Source: an uncultured Gemmataceae bacterium (lineage in GTDB: Bacteria; Planctomycetota; Planctomycetia; Gemmatales; Gemmataceae). From it: a DNA stretch of 64,000 nucleotides. Made by a program: the position numbers and the translations under genes. A model generated the notes under the pieces. It was not told the DNA's origin. It made no database searches and worked only from the letters and a program-made list of their open reading frames with translations. Shown in pieces: positions 48,508 to 58,810 of this stretch. The stretch's first letter is position 1. Each line of letters begins with the position of its first letter. Location: assembly GCA_963750165.1 (NCBI GenBank), contig CAVVPN010000011.1, positions 1,952,001 through 2,016,000 on the forward strand. The letters run 5' to 3'.

Positions 48508-50997
48508 ATGAGCGAACCGGCCACCATTCACCTGCGCGGCGTCCGCGTCCACAACCTCAAAAATGTGGACCTCGATCTGCCGCTGCGCCGCCTCACTGTC
48601 GTTACCGGCGTCAGCGGCGCCGGCAAGAGCAGCCTCGCCTTCGACACCCTCTATGCGGAGTCGCAAAGGCGCGATTTGCAGAGCTTCTCGGCCTACACGC
48701 GGCAGTTCCTGGAGCGCCTCGACAAGCCCGACGCGGACTTCATCGACCAGCTGCCGCCGGCCATTGCGGTCGCGCAGCGTGGCACGGCCCGCGGCCAGCG
48801 CGCCACCGTCGGCACGCTCACCGAGGTCGTCGATTACCTGCGGCTGCTGCTCGCCCGCGCCGGCGAACTGGTGTGCCTCAACTGCGGTCAGCCCGTCCTC
48901 GCCGCCAGCGCCGCCGATGTGGTTGCCGCTGTCGAGGCGCTGCCGGCGGGCACGCGCTTCAGCGTTGCCTTCCCGAGCCGGCCGCCACCGGACACCGACG
49001 CCGCCGCCTGGGCACTCGGACTGCGCGAGGAGGGCTTCGTCCGCCTGCAAGTCGGCGATCACGTGGTCCGCCTCGACGACGGGCCGCCGCCGGAGCTGGC
49101 CGGAGCGGACAGCGTCTTCGTGCTGGTGGACCGCCTGGAAGCGGGCCGCGTGCCGCTACAACGGTTGACCGATTCGGTGGAAACGGCGTTCGCGAAGGGA
49201 CAGGGCCGCCTGGCGCTGCTGACCGAGCCAGGCCGGCTGCCGTTCGACCAGCGGCTGCTGTGCCCACGCTGTGACATCCTCTATCCGCCGCCGGACCCGC
49301 GCCTGCTCAGCTTCAACGACCCGCTCGGCGCCTGTCCCGTCTGCGCCGGCACCGGCGTGCTGCCGAAGCGCGGCCGCGCCGCCGACGAGGTGTGTACCAC
49401 CTGCCACGGCACCCGTCTCAACGACAACGCCCGCACCCTCCGCCTCGCCGGCAAGACCATTGTCGATTTGAGCGCGCTGAGCCTCGCTGCGTTGGCCGAC
49501 TTCTGTGCGACGTTAGCGCTGCCGGAGCGGCGGCAGGCAGCGGCGCGTGTGCCGTTGAATCAGATTCAGGCACGGCTCGGTTATCTGATGGAACTCGAAC
49601 TCGGCTATCTGACGCTCGACCGCCGGGCCGACACACTCTCCGCCGGCGAGGGCCAGCGCGTCCGCCTCACCGCGTCGCTCAGCGCCCAGCTGGTCAACGC
49701 CCTGTACGTGCTCGACGAGCCGACCGTCGGCCTGCACCCGCGCGACACCGACAAACTGCTCGCGGTGCTGCGGCGGCTGCGCGACGCGGGCAACACCGTC
49801 GTCGTTGTCGAGCACGACGCTGACGTGATCCGCGCCGCCGATCATGTTGTGGACCTGGGGCCGGGCGCTGGCGAGGAGGGCGGCAGCGTCGTCTTCCAGG
49901 GCACGCCGGGCAACCTGCGCTTCTGCGAGGAATCGGTCACCGCGGCGTACCTGACGGGGCGGCGCACCATCGCGGTGCCGTCGCGGCGGCGGCCGCTTAA
50001 CCACGGTCAGCTGCGATTGGTCGGCGCGAAGGCCCACAACTTGCAGGACTTGACGGTCGAGTTCCCGCTCGGGGTGCTGTGCGTCGTCACCGGCGTCAGC
50101 GGCGCCGGCAAGAGCAGTTTGGTGGCGGACGAGCTGTATCCGGCCCTGTTGCGGCGCAAGCAGGCCAGGCCGGAGGCCGTGGCGGGCCGCGCGGACGTTC
50201 TCGGCGTCGGCCAGGTTAACGACGTGGTGCTCATGGATCAGACGCCGCTGGCCCGCACTGCTCGCAGCAACGCGGCCACCTACGTCAAGGTCTTCGACGA
50301 GGTGCGCCAGCTGTTCGCCGAGACCAGCGAGGCGCGCGTCCGCAATTTTTCCGCAGCGGACTTCAGCTTCAATCAGCCCGGCGGCCGCTGCGACACCTGC
50401 GAAGGCCAGGGCACTCTCACCGTGGACATGCAGTTCCTCGCCGATGTGACCGTCACCTGCCCGGAGTGCCACGGCCGCCGCTACCAGCGCGACATCCTCA
50501 ACGTCAAGGTGCGCAACCTCGACATCGCCGAGGTGCTCGACCTCACCGTGCGCGAGGCGTTCCGCTTCTTCCGCGCGCAGCACGCCATCGAACGACGGTT
50601 GAAATTGCTGCTGGATGTCGGGCTGGATTATTTGCGACTGGGCCAGTCCGCGGACACGCTCTCGGGCGGCGAATGTCAGCGGCTCAAGCTGGCCGGCAAC
50701 CTCGCCGCCAGCCGGAAGCCGCGCTGCCTCTTTCTGCTCGACGAGCCGACCGCCGGCCTGCACCCCGCAGATGTCAGCCGGCTGCTCGACTGCTTCGACC
50801 GTCTGCTGCAAACGGGCCATTCGCTCGTTGTTGTCGAGCACGACCTGGACGTGATTCAGTGTGCCGATTATGTGATCGACCTCGGCCCGGGTGCGGGCGC
50901 GGCCGGCGGTCGCGTCGTGGCGGCGGGCACGCCGGAGGAGGTGGCGGGCGTAGCGGAGTCGGCCACGGGGCAGGCGCTGCGGCGGGTGCTGGGGTAA
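48508..50997 (+). CDS. uvrA: Excinuclease ABC subunit A homolog, short form (829 aa)
   Basis: HNLKN, two TGVSGAGKSS Walker A motifs, LSAGE and LSGGE signatures, DEPT x2, Cys zinc fingers. Confidence 0.93.
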   Translation: MSEPATIHLRGVRVHNLKNVDLDLPLRRLTVVTGVSGAGKSSLAFDTLYAESQRRDLQSFSAYTRQFLERLDKPDADFIDQLPPAIAVAQRGTARGQRATVGTLTEVVDYLRLLLARAGELVCLNCGQPVLAASAADVVAAVEALPAGTRFSVAFPSRPPPDTDAAAWALGLREEGFVRLQVGDHVVRLDDGPPPELAGADSVFVLVDRLEAGRVPLQRLTDSVETAFAKGQGRLALLTEPGRLPFDQRLLCPRCDILYPPPDPRLLSFNDPLGACPVCAGTGVLPKRGRAADEVCTTCHGTRLNDNARTLRLAGKTIVDLSALSLAALADFCATLALPERRQAAARVPLNQIQARLGYLMELELGYLTLDRRADTLSAGEGQRVRLTASLSAQLVNALYVLDEPTVGLHPRDTDKLLAVLRRLRDAGNTVVVVEHDADVIRAADHVVDLGPGAGEEGGSVVFQGTPGNLRFCEESVTAAYLTGRRTIAVPSRRRPLNHGQLRLVGAKAHNLQDLTVEFPLGVLCVVTGVSGAGKSSLVADELYPALLRRKQARPEAVAGRADVLGVGQVNDVVLMDQTPLARTARSNAATYVKVFDEVRQLFAETSEARVRNFSAADFSFNQPGGRCDTCEGQGTLTVDMQFLADVTVTCPECHGRRYQRDILNVKVRNLDIAEVLDLTVREAFRFFRAQHAIERRLKLLLDVGLDYLRLGQSADTLSGGECQRLKLAGNLAASRKPRCLFLLDEPTAGLHPADVSRLLDCFDRLLQTGHSLVVVEHDLDVIQCADYVIDLGPGAGAAGGRVVAAGTPEEVAGVAESATGQALRRVLG

Positions 50998-51047
50998 TCC
51001 GAGCCCGAGCGCCAGCGCGGGGCCCCGCGCTGGCGCTCGGGCTCGGA
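50998..51047. repeat. Perfect 50-bp palindrome (family C doublet, no spacer)
   Basis: tccgagcccgagcgccagcgcgggg|ccccgcgctggcgctcgggctcgga, directly after the uvrA stop. Confidence 0.92.
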
Positions 51048-51054
51048 CGGGCCC

Positions 51055-54000
51055 TCACTTCCGCTGCGCCGCCAGCAGCGCTGCGCAGCGCTCCGCAATC
51101 GGCCGGTCGAGGAAGTCGTAGCGCTGCCCGGCCATGCGCAGGCTGTCCGCGAACAGCCCCTCCGCCTCGGCGGTCGCGCCCTGCTCCAGCGCCAGCAGGC
51201 CACGCCACAACCGCAGTTCCGCCACCAGCCGCACCACTCCTTGCTGCTGCGACCAGCGCAGGCGCGGCTGGAGCACCAACGCCAGGTCGAAGCGCGGTCG
51301 CGGCAGCGCCAGCCCTGGTGAGCCCAGCGGCGCCCCAACCAGCGCCGCCGCCCGCTCCACCGCGTACTCCTGCGCAATGCGCTCCTGCAACTGCGTCGCC
51401 GACGGCAGGTTCGCCGGCAGCTTCAACTCGGCCTCGAACTCCGCCAGCGCCTCCCGAGCCTTCTGATAATTGCCCAGTGCCGCCGCAGTGAGCGCCCGAT
51501 ACTGATGGTAGTCCGCTTTGAGGATGCTCTTGACGCCATCCAGGGCCAGCGACTCCTGCGCTTCCTGGGTCTGGCCGGTCGCCAGCAACAGCCAGAGCAG
51601 CCAGTAGACGTATTGCTGAGCGTTGTCGCGGTTCAACTCGCCTGGTCGGTTGATGGCCCGCAGCTGCTTCAACCCCAGCACCGCCAGACCGCGCGGCCGC
51701 GGCGGTTGCTTTCGGGCGGCGTCCTGGACCGGATCCAGAAACGCCAGCCGGAATTTCTCCAGCGGCGACTTCAGCTGCGCTTTCAACTCGTAGTCATCGG
51801 TGAGCTGCTTCACCAGGTTCGACAGGTTGCGGTGGACGGCGTCGAGTTCCTTGCGCAACTTCTCCGGCGACTCCCGTGTCGGCACCGCGGTCGCGGTACC
51901 CGCCAGCAGGTGCTTTTGCGCCGCCTCCAGCTGCTCCAGGGCCACATCGAAGTAGCCGACCTGCAGGTACACGTCCGATAGCCGTTTGCGCAGGTCGATG
52001 TTGCCCGGCTGCAGTCGGACGGCGTTGTGCAGGGCGGTGACGTATTGCAAAAAGCGCAGGTTGGCTCGCTGAAACACGCGGCCGCCCACCGGCCCCTGCA
52101 CCGGCCACGGATACACGTTCGGATACCGGCCCGGCACCAGCCATTTCGCCGTCTTGTCGCCGCGCGGCCCGTGGATCTGCCAGGACCGGAACACCCAGTA
52201 CTCTTCCTGCTGCTTCCACAGCAGCGCCGTGGACTCGGCCACCGCCACGTGGGCGCCCGCGTCCGTCGGGGCATCGACGGCGGCCCGCCGGGCAGCGCGC
52301 ACCGCCAGCAGCGGCAGCGCCGGCGGCCCGAAATCCTGGCCCTGCACGAACGGCCGCGTCTGCCAGCCGCCGAAGTTGTCCTTGCCGATCATTTCCAGCA
52401 AATACAGCCGATCCGAGCGCGCCAGCACCCACAGCGGCACGCCGCTCAGGTAGGCCGGCGTCACCGACGTGGTGCTGGCCGCAGCCGTCAGCGCTGCCAG
52501 CCCCCACGATCCGGGGTACGCCAGGCCCCAGCGGTTCAGGTTCACCTGGAAGATCAAATGATACACCGGCACCGCCGGCAGCGTCGTCGGCGGCGCCGGC
52601 GCGCCTTGCAGGTAGTGCTGCCACCAATCGGGCCGCTGCGGCGGCTCCGCCAGCCCCTCCGGCGGCGCCTGCTGTTCCTGCGGCACCGGCCCGAAGGCCA
52701 GGCGATTGAAGTCCCAGTGCTGCCCCGCGAAGGTGTCTCCGGCTGGCCGTTTTGCCGGATCGTTCCAGCCGAAAATGGTGGTGTGGCCGTCGGTGTACAG
52801 CAGCGGCCACTGACCTCGGGCGTCGTTCAGGAACAGGTGCAGCGCCCGGTTCGCTTCGAGGTCGTTGCCCAGGATGATGAAGTTGATGTCGTACTTGCGG
52901 AAGATCTCGTGGACCTTGCGCACATACGACCGCTCCGGCGGCGGCGGCTTTCTGGCACTGTAGGCCTCGAACTCTTCCAGCAGCGCGCGTCGCACCGCGG
53001 CGTAGTCGGTGGCGTGGCCGGCAAACAGGCCGAAGCGCTGGTCGATGAAACTTTTGGCCGTGGGGCCGCAGTGCCAGGCCCAGCGGTTGGCCACGTTGTA
53101 ATTGAAGTTGAAACCGTTGCGGAGCTGACCGGACTGCCGCAACTCCTCCAGGCGGCGGGCCGCTTCCGGCCAGAGGGGATCGTCCACGGCGTGGAAGGCG
53201 ACGCGGTGGCTGGCCGGGCCGTCGGGCTGAGCGTTCAGCCAGCCGGGCCAGGCCGCGAACAGCAGCAGCAGCGCCCCCAGCATCGCCAGGGCGCGGAGGC
53301 CGAGCAGCCGGCCCGGCCACGGCGGCACGACCCGCACCGTCGTGCCGAAGCGGTGGGCCAGCACGTCCTGCAGGTTGAGCACCGTCACCGGCGCCGCCAC
53401 CACGGCGAAGAACGCGATCATGCGAATCTGCAGCGCCGCCAGCACCGCGAAGGGCAGCCAGAGCAGCAGCAAGGGCAGCGACACGCCGCGGCCGAACGCC
53501 CCCTGGCCTTTGAGGTACAGCCCGGTCAGCACAAACGAACCGAGGCTCAGTGCGAACAGCACGTAAAAGGCCACACCGGCGGCATTGCGGCCGATCCCCT
53601 GCGCGTACGTCTCGCTGAACGGCGTCGAGAAGGTGCTGAACACCACGCGCTGCTGTTCGAGGACCGTACGCACCGCCTGGCCGTCGGCAGTCAGTCCGCC
53701 CGGCAGCACCGGGGCGAGCAGGTAGCCCAGCTCGGTCGGCAGCTCGAAGACACCGAACAGGTATGGGTTGACCAGACACGCCGCCAGGCCGATGCCCAGT
53801 ACCAGGCCGAGCTTCCGCAGACGCGGCTTCGCCTCCGCGGCCAGGCGGCTCTGCACTGCTTCGCCGATCAGCAGCAGCAGCACCAGGAACGGGCCGAGGA
53901 TGAACCAGGCGTCGAGGTTGGCCCAGAGGGCGAACAGTGGCGGCAGCAGCCAGAGGCGGCGGGCGGCGGGCGGCGCTGGCCCGAGCAGCAGGTAGAGCGT

Positions 54001-54611
54001 GACGGCCAGCAGCACGAAGGAAACAGACAATGGAGCCACCTCGAAGCGCGGGCTGACGGCCAGGACGGCGCCGGTGGCGCTGACCGTTGGCAGCAGCAGG
54101 CCCGGGCCGCGGCGGCGGATGGCGATCAGGAAGCCGGCCAGCGCCGCCAGGCCGAGCGCCTTGACGACCACGACCGAGACATCCGCACCGATCTGGTAAA
54201 GGCCGTGGAGCAGCAGGTCGAACAGCCAGGCGTGGTTGACCCAGGAGGTGCCGGCGGGGACGTTGGCGAAGATGGCGTCGCCGGGATGGTAGTCGCCCTC
54301 GGTGAAGGCGCGGCCGACGGCCAGGTGCATCCAGAAGTCGCTGTTGGTGATGGCGAAGGCGCCGACCAGGAAGGCCAGGACGAGGACCAGACCGATGAGG
54401 ACGCCATCCAGGCGGCCGAGGGCGGCGCCGAGGGTTTCGGCCGTCCACGGCTGGCGCGGGCGTTTTTTCTTCTTGTCGGCGGGCGTGCCGCTCTGGATGG
54501 CCGTGTTCGGCGCGGCCGGCGCGGCGGGGGGGCCGGGCTGGATCGCCGTGGACGGCGCGGCGCGGGCTGTTCGGGGGGGGCTGCTTCCGAGGGGTCGCGC
54601 GCTGCGGTCAT
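51055..54611 (-). CDS. Large polytopic membrane protein, GT-C glycosyltransferase-like, with C-terminal TPR-like helices; probable frameshift near 54575
   Basis: The frame upstream of 54330 reads LAFLVGAFAITNSDFWMHLAVGR; WVNHAWLFD, LWANLD, NPY motifs. ATG 54611 with GAGG is out of frame across a G8 run. Confidence 0.65.
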
Positions 54612-54843
54612 CGTCGCCTCAAGGGGTTAGGGACGCGAAAGGGCGTTTTCGTTCACGGTAGAAACTGCTTCCGTCCGGGTCAACCTGAAACCTTTGGGGG
54701 GCTGCGGCGTCTAACTTGTCAGAAGTCAGGGGGAAGGGAGTCCTTATCCCTGTTCCCCAAACCTGGGCGTTGCGTAAAATGAGTGCATCCCGGCTCGGTC
54801 CGTTGGCAGGCGTGTCGGGGCGGTCTGATCCAAGGAGATACTC

Positions 54844-56472
54844 ATGTTCACACCTTCCGCAGGAGCGACCAGTTGGCGGCGCGTCCCGCCAGCCTACTGG
54901 TCGTTGCTGCTGTGCGCCGTGGTCTTCGGCGGCCTGCTGTACTGTCTGTTCCAGCCCGGCGTGGCGCCCGCGGCCCAGGACAAAAAAGTTCCCGCCCCGG
55001 AGCTGGACGGCGGCACCGCCTGGCTCAACACCGCGTCGCCACTCAAGCTCAAGGATCTGCGCGGCCGCATCGTCTTGCTCGACTTCTGGACGCTGTGCTG
55101 CATCAACTGCATCCATACGCTGCCCGATCTCGCCAGGTTGGAAGCCAAGTATCCCGGCGTCCTGGTGGTCATCGGCGTCCACACGCCGAAGTTCCCCAAC
55201 GAGAAGAAGACCGAGAGCATCCGCAAGGCCATCCTGCGCTACCAGGTCTCGCACCCGGTCGTCAACGACGCTGACCTCATCCTCTGGCGCCGCTACGGCG
55301 TCAACTCGTGGCCGACCCTGGTGCTGATCGACCCGGAGGGCAACTACTACGGCCGCATCGCCGGGGAAGGAGGGTACGAGATCCTCGACGAACACATAGG
55401 AAAACTGGTCAAGGAGTACCGAGCGAAGAAGATGCTGAACGAGCGACCGCTCAAGTTCGAGCTGGCGCGGTTCAGCGAGGCGGGCACGAGTCCGCTGTTC
55501 TTCCCCGGCAAGGTGCTCGCCGACGCCAAGTCCAACCGCCTGTTCATTGCCGACAGCACGCACCACCGCGTCGTCATCACCGACCTGGAAGGCCGGCACA
55601 TCGCCACGGCCGGCTGCGGCGTGGAGGGGTTGCGCGACGGCGCCTTCGCCGCGGCGAAGTTCAGCGACCCGCAGGGCATGGCCTTGGTGGGCGAGACGCT
55701 GTACGTGGCCGACCGCAAGAACCACGCCATCCGGGCGTTAAACCTGAAGGCGAAAACGGTGACGCTGGTGGCCGGCACCGGCCATCAGGACCGCGGCGGC
55801 CGCGGCAAGGCCGGACCGGGGCTGAAGATCGGCCTGAACAGTCCGTGGGACCTGCTGGCGCGCGGCAACAAATTGTTCATCGCCATGGCCGGCCACCATC
55901 AGATCTGGACGTTCGACCTGAAAACCCACCGGGTCGCTCCGTATGCCGGCGACGGCGACGAGAACCTGCACGACGGCAGCCTGGCTGAGTCGAAGTTCGC
56001 GCAGCCGAGTGGCCTGGCGACGGACGGCTTTTTGCTGTATGTGGCGGACAGCGAGATCAGCGCCATCCGGTCGCTGCCGATGGGCGGCAACGGCACGGTG
56101 AAAACGGTGGTGGGCGAAGGACTGTTCGAATTCGGCGACGTGAACGGCGTCGGCTCGAAGGTCCGGTTACAGCACGCGCTGGGCGTGGCAGCCCACCAGG
56201 GCAAGCTGTATGTCGCGGACACCTACAACAGCAAGATCAAGGTGATCGACCCGCTGCGGCGGAGTTGTGCGACCTTCGTGGGCGAGCCGGGCGGCTGGCT
56301 CTCGAGTGCGACGTTCAACGAACCGGGCGGCCTGAGCTTCGCCGGGGACAAACTGTATGTGGCCGACACCAACGGCCACCGCATCCGCGTCGTGGACATG
56401 AACACGCGTGCGGTCACCACGCTGCAACTGCAGGGCGTCACGGCGCCGCAGACGCCGAAGATGGAGAAGTAA
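54844..56472 (+). CDS. Thioredoxin-like plus NHL beta-propeller protein (NHLRC2/SOQ1-like) with N-terminal membrane or signal segment
   Basis: AAGGAG RBS; LDFWTLCCINC, GVHTPKF, WPT, FFPGKV, IAMAGHHQIW, AQPSGL, YVADSE, LQHALG. Confidence 0.92.
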   Translation: MFTPSAGATSWRRVPPAYWSLLLCAVVFGGLLYCLFQPGVAPAAQDKKVPAPELDGGTAWLNTASPLKLKDLRGRIVLLDFWTLCCINCIHTLPDLARLEAKYPGVLVVIGVHTPKFPNEKKTESIRKAILRYQVSHPVVNDADLILWRRYGVNSWPTLVLIDPEGNYYGRIAGEGGYEILDEHIGKLVKEYRAKKMLNERPLKFELARFSEAGTSPLFFPGKVLADAKSNRLFIADSTHHRVVITDLEGRHIATAGCGVEGLRDGAFAAAKFSDPQGMALVGETLYVADRKNHAIRALNLKAKTVTLVAGTGHQDRGGRGKAGPGLKIGLNSPWDLLARGNKLFIAMAGHHQIWTFDLKTHRVAPYAGDGDENLHDGSLAESKFAQPSGLATDGFLLYVADSEISAIRSLPMGGNGTVKTVVGEGLFEFGDVNGVGSKVRLQHALGVAAHQGKLYVADTYNSKIKVIDPLRRSCATFVGEPGGWLSSATFNEPGGLSFAGDKLYVADTNGHRIRVVDMNTRAVTTLQLQGVTAPQTPKMEK

Positions 56473-56544
56473 GGTCGTCGGGCGCGCCGTGCGAAGCCCG
56501 CCCGGCGCGCCCGGCGGATTCTGACTCAGGGTAAGGTTACCGCA

Positions 56545-58719
56545 ATGAAACAGCGCGTTCCTGGTTGGCGTGTCCTCGTCGCGTTGTCGTTCCTGGTGCT
56601 GGGGGCCAACTTCGGTCCCCCAAGGGCTTCGGCGCAAGAAAAACTCAGTGCGGCCAGCAAAGAGCTGACAAATCGCATCGTCTTCCAGGTCCGGGCCGAG
56701 CCGACCGACCCGTTTGACCCGCGCCTGCGCGGGCGCCGAGCCCCAGAAAGTGTTTCAGGTCCAGCCTGGTCAGACGTTCCGGCTGGTCATTACCGGAACC
56801 CCCCAGCGGGATTTTTACACCTACGCCATGTTCCCCGGGCCCGGCATGAAAGAAGGCAAGCGGCCCAACTTGCGCTACCAGGTGCCGGCCGACGCGCCGC
56901 TGCAACCCTTGAAGCCCGTCGCCGAGAGCTCGGCCAAGGCCAAGAAAACGCCCGAGGAAACCGTCTACGTTCACACCAGGCCGTTCACCTGGTCGCACGA
57001 GGTGTTGGTGCTGTCCAACGCCAAGCCCGGCGAATACAGCCTGGCGATTCCCATCCGCCTGATGGCGTGCAACGAGGACAATTGTGTCGGCCCGGATTGG
57101 TATCCGCCGCTCAAGTTAAGCGTGCAAGTGGTCGATCCACGTCAGGAGATCGCGGCGGGCGTCACCGGGTTGGTAGCGGCGCCGTGGCCGGGGCCGCTGC
57201 TGGCGGCCGTCACCCCCTTCCCCGTCGAGAAGGTGGGCAAGGCGAAACTGTCCCCTGAACTGGCCCGCCGCCTGCGCGACTCGAACCCCTGGATGTCGTC
57301 CGTGGCCCCGGACCTGGACATCCAACCGCCGGTGACGGGCGAAGGGGACCTGGGCAGTCTGCTCCTTGGCGCGTTCGTCGGCGCCTTTCTGATGCTGCTG
57401 ACGCCCTGCGTTTTCCCCATGATTCCGATCACGGTCAATTTCTTCCTCAAACAATCCGAACGCGAACATCATAACGCCCTGTTGATGGCCTGCGTGTATT
57501 CCGGCACGATCATCGTCTTGTTGACGGCGGTGATGCTGTCGCTGGGCAGTGTGGTGATCGCCCTGGCCAACAACGCCTGGTTCAACCTGGTCATGGGGGG
57601 CGTGCTGGTCTTCTTCGCGCTGAGCCTGTTCGGCATGTATGAACTCCAGTTGCCATCCGGGTTGGCGCGGTTCACGTCGTCGCGCGAGGGCCGAGGGGGG
57701 TATCTTGCGCACTGTTCATGGCGCTAACGTTCACGATCACCAGTTTCACCTGTACCGGCCCGTTCCTGGGCGCCATGCTGGGCGGCCTGGCGGCGAGTTC
57801 CGTCGGCGTGAAACTGCCGCTCGGTCACTTGATCCTGGGTTCGCTGGTCTACTCGGCGACCTTCGCCGCGCCGTTTTTCTTCCTGGCGCTGTTCCCAAGC
57901 CTGCTGCGGAAGATGCCCAAGAGTGGCGGTTGGATGAACGCCATCAAGGTGACGATGGCCTTCGTCGAACTGGCGGCGGCGTTGAAGTTCCTGTCCATCG
58001 CCGACGCCGTGCTCAACCCGGGCAACCCGCGGCTGTTCAACTACGACACGGTGTTGTGTGCCTGGATCGCCCTGGCAGTGGCCTGCGGCCTGTACCTGTT
58101 CGGCGCCTTTCGCTTGCCGCACGACCACGGTGAGGAGCACATTGGCGTGCTGCGCATGATCTTCGCGGTGCTGTTCCTCGGTCTGGCCATCTACATGACG
58201 CCGGCGCTGTTCGGGGCCAAGCCGCTGGGCGTGGTTGGGGAAAACATTGTAGCCTTCTTACCGCTCAAGTCTCCCGACCACATCCTCGAATATGAAACCG
58301 CCTGGGAAGAAGCGAAAAAGGAGAAGAAACTGATTTTCATCGACTTCACCGGGGTCAATTGTCAGAATTGCCGGGATAATGAAACGAATGTGTTCACGGA
58401 CCCGCGCGTCAAATCGCTGCTGAAGAAATACGTGGTCGTGCAGTTGTACACGGACAGCGTGCCGATCAAGGGATTGGACCCGGCCGAGGCGGAAAAACTG
58501 GCCGAGCGCAACGCACGCTTCCGGGACGCGATCGGCAACCCGACGAACCCGACGTACTTCATCTTTGAACCGGGCGACACGCCGTTCACCGCGGACGATA
58601 AGCTCAACGGCCGGCCGCTGGGCTCGCGCAACGGCAAAATCTTCGATGTGAATGATTTCGTGCGCTTTTTGCAGCGCCGCTCGGGGAACGGCGGTGCCGT
58701 CGTGGCCGAGGCGAAGTGA
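56545..58719 (+). CDS. dsbD: DsbD/CcdA-type transmembrane disulfide reductase, frameshifts near 56730 and 57707
   Basis: N-domain MACNEDNC, TM LLTPCVFPMIP and FTCTGPF, PKSGGWMN, C-terminal DFTGVNCQNC; spread over ORFs 56545, 56714 and 57718. Confidence 0.88.
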
Positions 58720-58726
58720 AATCAAC

Positions 58727-58805
58727 GAGGATCCACAGATGACACAGATAACACAGATGAAGACATAATCAATCATGTCTTCATCTGTGTTATCTGTGGA
58801 TCCTC
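58727..58805. repeat. Long inverted repeat built from 9-mer (A/C)CACAGAT(G/A) units
   Basis: gaggatccacagatgacacagataacacagatgaagacat ... atgtcttcatctgtgttatctgtggatcctc between convergent genes. Confidence 0.88.
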
Positions 58806-58810
58806 TTCCG

